Shown: positions 57,521-64,000 of the stretch, piece after piece
Numbering within the stretch: the stretch's first letter is position 1
Layout: every line of letters starts with the position of its first letter
Source of the DNA: an uncultured Holophaga sp.
GTDB taxonomy: Bacteria; Acidobacteriota; Holophagae; Holophagales; Holophagaceae
Length of the DNA stretch: 64,000 nt
NCBI GenBank assembly: GCA_963664825.1
Contig: OY761614.1
Coordinates: 2,976,001-3,040,000 of the forward strand
Direction of reading: 5' to 3'
Position numbers and translations under genes: made by a program
Notes under the pieces: model-generated
Told to the model about the DNA's origin: nothing
Seen by the model: the letters and a program-made list of their open reading frames with translations, nothing else
Database searches by the model: none

Positions 57521-58741
57521 TTATTTCAGTCGGATGCGGTCACTGCCATCCCAGGCGCTGGTGTCGCTGAGGATCACCTGGTCGCCGGGGCGGAGGCCTT
57601 CCACGATCTCGATGGTGGAGACCGAGCCGCGGCCCAGGCGGACCTTCACGCGGGTGGCTTCCCGGCCATCGGGGCTGAGCTTGAAGAGACTGAGGGTTCC
57701 ATGGGCCTGGGCCTGGACGGGACGCCCCACGAAAGTACCGTCATTGACGCGATCCAGTTCGATGATGCCCTCCACGCTGAGATCGGGGCGGGCGCCCTTG
57801 GGCAGTTCGCCTTCGAGGCTGGCATCCACGGTGACGGTGCCGTTCTGCACGGAGGGATCGATGCGGATCACCCGACCCTTCACCAGGCCATTGCGGGTAT
57901 CGATTTCCACGCTCTGGCCGATCTGCACATCCTTGGCCTGGGTCTCGCTGATTTTCAGTTCGGCCTTGAGGGGGCGCGGCTTGGCGACCTTGGCCAGATT
58001 GGCGCCCGGCGCGAGCTGCTGGCCCACCTGGAGGGGCACGAGTTGGAGGATGCCGGCCATGCCCGCACGGACCTTGAGGGAATCCAGCTGTTCCCGCTTG
58101 AGGGCATAGAGGGCCCGGGCCTGCTCCAGCCGGGCCCGGGCGGGGGCCACCCGGCCCGGTTGGGCTTCGAAGAGGGCCATGCGGGCCTCCTCGGAAGCCA
58201 GGCGCCCGGTGCTCTCTTCGGATTTCACCTTGGCCCGCAGCACATCCAGATCGCTCTGCAGGCCCTCCTTCTGGAGCCGTTCGGTCGCGCGCAGCACGGC
58301 CCGGCCCTCCTGGGCATTGGCCTTGGCTGAATTGAGCTGGGCCCTCTGGTTGAGGCGGTCCACCTCGTAGTCGGCCTCGGCCCTCCGCAGCTGCCAGAGG
58401 GCGTCCTCGGCCGCCTGGCGCAGCTCGGGACTGGAGAGCTCGGCGATGACGCTCCCGGGCTGGACCTCCGTGCCCGGGAAGAGGACGATGCGCTCGACCA
58501 TGCAGGGCACCTGGGCGGTGATCATCCGCACGTCTACCGGCACCAGCGTGCCCGTGCCGCGCACCTGGAAGACCATGGCCCCCCGCTTAACGCCATCGAT
58601 GAGCAGGCTGCCCCGTTCCACGGAAGGGGCCGCGGGCTTGAGGCGACCGAGGCCGATGACCAGCAGCAGGAGGGCGAGCCCGCAGGCGGCGCCCAGATAG
58701 TATTTCCGGCGGCTCGGGGGGGTCTGGCGGGGGACATCCAT
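57521..58741 (-). CDS. Periplasmic adaptor (MacA/HlyD family) heading the permease operon
   Basis: N-terminal TM, VRGTGTLVP, coiled coil, GLRPGDQVILSD; start MDVPR at 58741. Confidence 0.9.
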   Translation of the reverse strand: MDVPRQTPPSRRKYYLGAACGLALLLLVIGLGRLKPAAPSVERGSLLIDGVKRGAMVFQVRGTGTLVPVDVRMITAQVPCMVERIVLFPGTEVQPGSVIAELSSPELRQAAEDALWQLRRAEADYEVDRLNQRAQLNSAKANAQEGRAVLRATERLQKEGLQSDLDVLRAKVKSEESTGRLASEEARMALFEAQPGRVAPARARLEQARALYALKREQLDSLKVRAGMAGILQLVPLQVGQQLAPGANLAKVAKPRPLKAELKISETQAKDVQIGQSVEIDTRNGLVKGRVIRIDPSVQNGTVTVDASLEGELPKGARPDLSVEGIIELDRVNDGTFVGRPVQAQAHGTLSLFKLSPDGREATRVKVRLGRGSVSTIEIVEGLRPGDQVILSDTSAWDGSDRIRLK

Positions 58742-58762
58742 GGTTTGGGCTCCGGGCAGGAA

Positions 58763-58779
58763 TAGCCAAGGGCATGCCG
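58763..58779 (-). promoter_or_regulatory. Sigma54 -24/-12 promoter of the permease operon
   Basis: Minus strand CGGCATGCCCTTGGCTA (GG-N10-GC), about 20 bp upstream of the start codon. Confidence 0.7.
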
Positions 58780-58830
58780 TTTTAAAAATCAAACAAATGC
58801 AGGGATTACATCAAAGCGCCTGAGCAGGAA

Positions 58831-58870
58831 CCGTCCCAACTTCGGGACGGCCCGTCCCGGGTGTGGGACG
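58831..58870. promoter_or_regulatory. Two tandem palindromes CGTCCC-N6-GGGACG; probable enhancer sites of the NtrC-like regulator
   Basis: CCGTCCCAACTTCGGGACGG and CGTCCCGGGTGTGGGACG upstream of the sigma54 motif, with an AT-rich IHF-like tract between them and the promoter. Confidence 0.7.
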
Positions 58871-59001
58871 AATTCTCTCCCCTCGTCACCCGCTACCTGC
58901 GGTGTGCACTGGCCGCCTCGCAGGCCACGCCCTATTCTTGGCGAGCCCTTCGGCTCCTGCGGCTCTGCCCAGGTTCCTTCTCTCCTGTCATGAGGCGACC
59001 G

Positions 59002-59406
59002 ATGACCCGGTTCACGTGGAACCCGAAACTCGCCACAGGCATCGCGTCGATCGACGCCCAGCACATCTCGCTATTCGAATCCGCTAAGTACTTGCACCAG
59101 ACATTCCGCGATCAAACGGCTTCTGAAGGCATCGCCCACACCCTCAATCACCTCGTCGCCTATTGCGCGACCCATTTCGAAGACGAGGAGGGATACATGA
59201 TTCAACGATCCTTCCCGCGCCTTCATGAGCACCAAGCAGAACACCGCAAGCTGATGTCTCGCGTATTCCATCTGCGAGACCGCTACGTGGCGGGGGAAAC
59301 GAGCGTGGCGATGGATTTATCCATCCTCATAGCCGATTGGTTGAGGGACCACATCCTCAAGTTCGACCAGGCCTTCGCGGAATACGTCCGTCAGGCAGAT
59401 CGCTGA
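59002..59406 (+). CDS. Bacteriohemerythrin
   Basis: W....TGI..ID.QH, HFEDEE, H..EH, WL..HI...D. Confidence 0.92.
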   Translation: MTRFTWNPKLATGIASIDAQHISLFESAKYLHQTFRDQTASEGIAHTLNHLVAYCATHFEDEEGYMIQRSFPRLHEHQAEHRKLMSRVFHLRDRYVAGETSVAMDLSILIADWLRDHILKFDQAFAEYVRQADR

Positions 59407-59455
59407 AGGGCCGTTTCTCGCTCTGTGCTAGCCTGGGGCCCCTCCTGGAGGCCTC

Positions 59456-60619
59456 ATGCGCCGACTGCTTCCCGTTGTCCTGGTCCTGCTCGCGCTTCCT
59501 GTCTACGGGCAGTTCTGGAGCGAACTGGCCAACCCCAAGGTGGAAGTGACCCTCGTCCATCCCCCGGGCATGGGTCTTCAGGTGGAACGGCTGGCCTTCG
59601 CACCGGCCCGGGACTTCGATTCCAGAGAACTGGTCGATATCCTCACGGCTGAAGTGGTGCAGAGTCGGCAGGTGGAGGTGGTGGACCGGGCCCATCTCGA
59701 CGCCTTATTGCATGAACAGGAACTGGGTGCCGAGGGCTACATCGAGCCGGCCACCATCGCTAGGCTGGGCAAGCTGCTGGGGCCCAGCGTGCTGGTCATC
59801 GTGCATGTGAATCGCTCGGAGCTCAGCCGCAACCGGTCCACCAAGGAGGAGCGCGGCACGGACCACAAGACCAAGCAGGAATTCGTGCGCCTCAAGCGGA
59901 CCAGCATCACCAGCCTGGACTTCAGCGCCACGGTCCAGGTGATCGATCTCAACACGGGCCGCGTCTTCGGCGCCCAGCGCCTAGAGGATTCACCCAGCCT
60001 CAGCAACACTTCGTACGAGGGCTTCCCGGCCTATCCCAATGATGCCGATGTTCGCCGCCTGGGCCTTGAAACCGCCAAGGAAAAAGTGCTGCGCATGCTG
60101 CTGGCCTGGAGCGAGGTGCGCAAGCTCACCTTTTTCGACGACGAGGTCTTCGGCATGGCCAAGGCCCACGAACGGCTCCGGGCGCGGGATACCCGGGGCG
60201 CGCTGGATCTGGCCCTGGAGGGCCTCGAACAGTCGAAGCGGGACAAGGGGCAGAAGCCCAAGTACTACCCCCGGACCCAGTACAACGTCGGCATCATCCA
60301 CTTCATCCTGGGGCGCTACGAAGATGCCCTGCCTTTCCTGCGGGCAGCCCTGGATATGCAGCCCGACGCCAGCATCTTCCAGACGGCCCTGAGGGAATGC
60401 CAGGAGGCCATCGGCCTTCAGGAGGCCTTGCGGCGCTCCGAGACTCGCGCTGAGCAGGCCTCCCGTCCGGCCGCTCCCTCGCCTTCTCCATCCAAGGCCT
60501 CAGAGCTTGCCCCCAGCGCAGAGGAACGCCTTCAGAAGCTTCAGGAACTCTACAAGAAGGGCCTGCTGAGTAAGAAGGAATTCGAGACCAAGAAGGCGGA
60601 GATCCTGAAGACCCTGTGA
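59456..60619 (+). CDS. Exported CsgG/HfaB-like protein with TPR and C-terminal SHOCT domain
   Basis: Signal peptide; VVDR..LD.LL.EQ.L....I...T...LGKLLG; TPR helix pair; ERL.KL..L...GL....EF..KKAEIL. Confidence 0.8.
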   Translation: MRRLLPVVLVLLALPVYGQFWSELANPKVEVTLVHPPGMGLQVERLAFAPARDFDSRELVDILTAEVVQSRQVEVVDRAHLDALLHEQELGAEGYIEPATIARLGKLLGPSVLVIVHVNRSELSRNRSTKEERGTDHKTKQEFVRLKRTSITSLDFSATVQVIDLNTGRVFGAQRLEDSPSLSNTSYEGFPAYPNDADVRRLGLETAKEKVLRMLLAWSEVRKLTFFDDEVFGMAKAHERLRARDTRGALDLALEGLEQSKRDKGQKPKYYPRTQYNVGIIHFILGRYEDALPFLRAALDMQPDASIFQTALRECQEAIGLQEALRRSETRAEQASRPAAPSPSPSKASELAPSAEERLQKLQELYKKGLLSKKEFETKKAEILKTL

Positions 60620-60671
60620 GCGAGCCCTGCGGTATCGGGTGGGTGAACGGGTGAAGGTTCCAAGGTGTTCC

Positions 60672-60702
60672 GCTATTCAATTATGCTGCATAATTGAATA
60701 GC
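60672..60702. promoter_or_regulatory. Perfect 15-1-15 AT-rich palindrome, probable repressor operator
   Basis: GCTATTCAATTATGC-T-GCATAATTGAATAGC, 23 bp upstream of the reductase start. Confidence 0.75.
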
Positions 60703-60725
60703 TTCCTGTCCTTGAAAGGTCTCCC

Positions 60726-62543
60726 ATGTCCCCATCCCCTCGCATCCTGATCATCGGTGGTGTGGCAGGGGGCGCGAGTGCGGCGGCCCGGGCTCGCAGG
60801 CTCTCCGAGGACGCTGATATCGTGCTCCTGGAGCGGGGCCCCGATGTCTCCTTTGCCAATTGCGGCTTGCCCTACCACATCGGGGGCGTGATCGAGGAAA
60901 GGGGGCGGCTCCTGGTCCAGACTCCCGAAAGCCTGAGCGCCCGTTTCGATCTGGATGTGCGCGTCCGTACCGAAGCGGTCTCCATCGATGCCCAGGCCCA
61001 GGTGGTGCTGGTTCGGAACCTGAGGACCGGCAAGGAAACCCGCGAACCCTACGATGCCCTTGTGCTCTCCCCCGGGGCCACCGCCCTCCGGCCCGCCATC
61101 CCCGGGGCCGAGGACGAGCGGATCTGCACGTTGCGCAATATGGGCGACATGGATAGGATCCTGGCGGTCCTGGCCAAGGGGGGGCCTCGCTCCCAGGCGG
61201 CCCCCGGCAGCGATAGACCTGTTGTTCGGGTTTTGCCTGCACAACAGGTGGGGGTTCCAGGGGGGACTTCGCGAGCTGCGCTTCCTGGGACAGCCCTGGT
61301 CGTGGGCGCGGGCTTCATCGGCCTGGAACTGGCCGAACAGCTCCGGCACCGCGGCCTTGCGGTGACGTTGGTGGAGAAGCTATCCCACGTGTTGGGCGTG
61401 GCGGATGGGGAGATGAGTTTCCCCCTGCAAGAGGAATTGGCGCGTCAGGGCGTGGATCTGCGTCTGGGGCGCTCTGTCTCGGCCTTTGAACATGAGGGCG
61501 AGGCCCTGGTGGCTAAGTTGGATGACGGTGCCTGTCTCCCCTGCGATCTGGTGGTATTGAGCGTGGGCGTGCGTCCGGAGACCACGCTGGCCCGGGAGGC
61601 GGGGCTCGCCCTCGGCGCCACCGGTGGCATCCTGGTGGATGACCAGATGCGCACCAGCGATCCCCACATCTTCGCCGTGGGGGACGCCATCGAGATCCGG
61701 GACTTCACCAGCGGGGACCCGGCGCTCGTCCCCCTGGCGGGCCCCGCCAACCGCCAGGGCCGCATCGCCGCGGAGGTCATCCTGGGCCGGGATAGCCACT
61801 ACAAGGCCACCCAGGGCACCTCCATCTGTAAGGTCTTCGGCCTCACCTTCGCCATGACGGGACTTTCGGAGACCCTGCTCCAGCGCAAGGGAATGGCTTA
61901 CCGGCGCGTCTACGTACATCCCGCGGACCACGCCACCTACTATCCCGACGCGCAGCCCATCACGCTGAAGCTGCTCTTCGAGCCGGAGAATGGCCGCATC
62001 CTGGGGGCCCAGGCCGTGGGCGTGGCGGGCGTGGATAAGCGCATCGACGTGATCGCTGTGGCCCAGCGAGCCGGGCTCACGGTCTTCGATCTGGAGGACC
62101 TGGAGCTCTGCTACGCTCCTCCCTTCGGCAGCGCCAAGGACGCCATCAACATGGCCGGTTTCGTGGCCTCCAACGTGCTGCGGGGCGATGTGGAACTCTG
62201 GGAACCCGAGGAACTGGTCGGGCTGAGGGAGGCTCAGACGCTGGTGGATGTGCGCACCTTCCAGGAGCATGCCCTGGGCACCATTCCGGGGGCCATCTGC
62301 GCCCCCGTGGATGAACTGCGGGACCGCCTGGAGGATCTGCCCCGGGATGGGGAGTTGCTGGTGTTCTGCCAAGTGGGCCTGCGGGGTTACCTCGCCGCCC
62401 GCATCCTCAGTCAGCACGGCTTCAAGGTGCGCAACCTCTCCGGGGGCTACAAGCGCTATGCCATGTGGCAGGGCGCTCAAGGGGTGCCTCGCGAATCCGA
62501 GGCGAAGGGCGAGGCTGGGGGGCCGGCTTCCTGCCTGTGCTGA
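60726..62543 (+). CDS. CoA-disulfide/persulfide reductase fused to rhodanese (Npsr/CDR-RHD)
   Basis: GGVAGG, SFANCGLPY, GAGFIGLE, GVDKRID, YAPPF, rhodanese DVR...CQVGLRG...LSGG. Confidence 0.92.
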   Translation: MSPSPRILIIGGVAGGASAAARARRLSEDADIVLLERGPDVSFANCGLPYHIGGVIEERGRLLVQTPESLSARFDLDVRVRTEAVSIDAQAQVVLVRNLRTGKETREPYDALVLSPGATALRPAIPGAEDERICTLRNMGDMDRILAVLAKGGPRSQAAPGSDRPVVRVLPAQQVGVPGGTSRAALPGTALVVGAGFIGLELAEQLRHRGLAVTLVEKLSHVLGVADGEMSFPLQEELARQGVDLRLGRSVSAFEHEGEALVAKLDDGACLPCDLVVLSVGVRPETTLAREAGLALGATGGILVDDQMRTSDPHIFAVGDAIEIRDFTSGDPALVPLAGPANRQGRIAAEVILGRDSHYKATQGTSICKVFGLTFAMTGLSETLLQRKGMAYRRVYVHPADHATYYPDAQPITLKLLFEPENGRILGAQAVGVAGVDKRIDVIAVAQRAGLTVFDLEDLELCYAPPFGSAKDAINMAGFVASNVLRGDVELWEPEELVGLREAQTLVDVRTFQEHALGTIPGAICAPVDELRDRLEDLPRDGELLVFCQVGLRGYLAARILSQHGFKVRNLSGGYKRYAMWQGAQGVPRESEAKGEAGGPASCLC

Positions 62544-62629
62544 GGCGCCGGGCCCACGCCCTTGGGACTGGAGGCACGGTGGGGCCCCGAATCAAAACAA
62601 ATGCCCTCCCAGCCCCTGCTTAGCGAATT

Positions 62630-63375
62630 TCAACTGGCCTCTGGTCCTGATTTCAGGCAGCGCTGGATCACTGGTCGCATGAAGTCCTGCGCCTCTGAAG
62701 CGACCTCGCTGTAGGGGGGCACCACGAGGTGCCTGGACCGGGTATAGGCGTCCCCGATCCTCTTGAGGGTGGCGTCTGTGCCATAGCTTGGCTGGAGGGC
62801 GTTGGCATCCATGCGAGGACCGTTTCCATCTTTTCGGCGAGGAAGGTTTCCACGGGATACCCCAGCACCTGCCCGCCCTGGAAATCATCGAGCATCGGGC
62901 GGATCTCGATCAGTCCCGGGGCTGGGGTGATGGGATCCCCAAAACTGAGGTCCAGCTTGATCTGGCGCGCACGCTTGGGGCCGAAACGGAACGAAATGGT
63001 GAAGCGCTGACAGGGGTCTTCCGTGTCCTCTCGGATGTCCTCCCAGGTCATGACCTGCGGCTGGAATTCCAGACGATCACCCAAATCGATCCCGAGAATC
63101 TCCGTGAGAACGCCTTCCAGGGTGTCGCTGGGGATCCGGAGAGCCAGGAAATCGAGGTCCTCCGTGGGGCGATTCCATCGCTGGGTCAGCAGATACAGGA
63201 GGATGCCGCCCTTCAGCACCAGTTGGTCTCGGTAGCGGCTTTGGGCGACCCTGGCGAGAAAACGCTCCAGGACGAAGAGGACCTGGGCATTCTCGACGCT
63301 CTGGCCGTCCACGCGCCGGTTGCTAAGGCGCTTGAGGACGCTGTCAGGGCTCTTGGTGTCGCCCTCTTTCTTCAT
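62630..63375 (-). pseudogene. AbiEii-family nucleotidyltransferase toxin, internally deleted and frameshifted
   Basis: LERFL.R, LKGG, RPT.DLD, LD..FGD, YP.ET..AEK; the following R.KD..D motif is absent and the C-terminal piece lies in another frame (62630-62812). Confidence 0.8.
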
Positions 63376-63950
63376 GCAAGCAGGACCGAGAGATAGCCGC
63401 GCAGCGTGGTCTTGACCCGACAAACCTCTTCCCATTGGATCAGCTCATCAGGAAGTCCTCCCTGGCGCAGGAAGGTCTTCAAGGCCTCGAAGGCAACTTC
63501 AAATCCAACCTTATCCCGGAAGCGCAGGGCATCACAGACCGTCTTGGCCTTGCTGTAGATGCGGACCTTGGTTCTGCCAACCTTGATGGTCTCGATTCCG
63601 GTGGCATGCGCGGCCTCCCCAAGGCGAATGAACCGCGTGGGGAAGGCCATCTTGGGAACCCAAGAGGTCTTGGGGATGGCGATCCAGGTCTCCCCGGGGA
63701 TGGTGGTGGTCAATCCGTGGTAGGACAGGGCCGAGATGAGACAGATGACTCCTTCGGGAACGGCTAAACATGCGTCCGCCAAGTCCTGATGCGCCCAGGT
63801 ATCCCGAGTCGCAGATCGGTAGACCCCTGCACGCAGCTTCTGGAGGCGACCGTCCTGGGCCAAGCGGAGGACGGTCGTATCCCGTCCTCTACGCTTTGCG
63901 AAAGATAGCCTGACAACCTCTTTGCGCAGTTCCGGGAGTCCCTTGGACAT
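63372..63950 (-). CDS. AbiEi-family type IV antitoxin / transcriptional regulator
   Basis: GVY, GVICLISALSYHGLTT.IP, IYS.AKTVCD..R.R.K.G...A.EALK; ATGA overlap with the toxin. Confidence 0.88.
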   Translation of the reverse strand: MSKGLPELRKEVVRLSFAKRRGRDTTVLRLAQDGRLQKLRAGVYRSATRDTWAHQDLADACLAVPEGVICLISALSYHGLTTTIPGETWIAIPKTSWVPKMAFPTRFIRLGEAAHATGIETIKVGRTKVRIYSKAKTVCDALRFRDKVGFEVAFEALKTFLRQGGLPDELIQWEEVCRVKTTLRGYLSVLLA

Positions 63951-64000
63951 GCTCGATGCCTCTATTCCTACACACAAAAAATAGTGTGAATGAAAAACGG

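Overview
GC-rich bacterial DNA. The gene content (an array of duplicated MacB/FtsX permeases, an Oar-type TonB-dependent receptor, a Kelch/Ig surface protein) suggests Acidobacteriota, possibly Holophagae; this is inference only. The window has three parts, separated by two identical 42-bp copies of the 3' half of a tRNA with a CAT anticodon (11564-11605 and 41964-42005). These look like att sites of tandem genomic islands. (1) 1-11605 is the right end of island A: an IS4-family end, a 2828-aa Ig/beta-barrel/Kelch/metzincin surface protein with Tyr-rich microsatellites plus a partner gene, and an intact tyrosine integrase. (2) 11606-42005 is the 30.4-kb island B. It holds phage/ICE relics and a TonB receptor divergent from a membrane Ser/Thr kinase. 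The kinase is coupled to a MocR regulator that lacks the PLP lysine and is split by an IS66. Island B also carries a complete TlpA-DsbD-TrxB-TrxA redox relay, two TetR regulators, an RND pump and a patatin-Omp85 protein. (3) 42006-64000 is probable backbone: a sigma54-controlled operon with five tandem MacB-type permeases and a two-component system, hemerythrin, a CsgG-like protein, a CoA-disulfide reductase-rhodanese with an in-frame palindromic insertion, and an AbiEi/AbiEii pair with a broken toxin. The best candidate for an undescribed system is the TonB receptor / non-RD kinase / lysine-less MocR / thiol-redox module. All calls come from reading motifs by eye; no searches were run.
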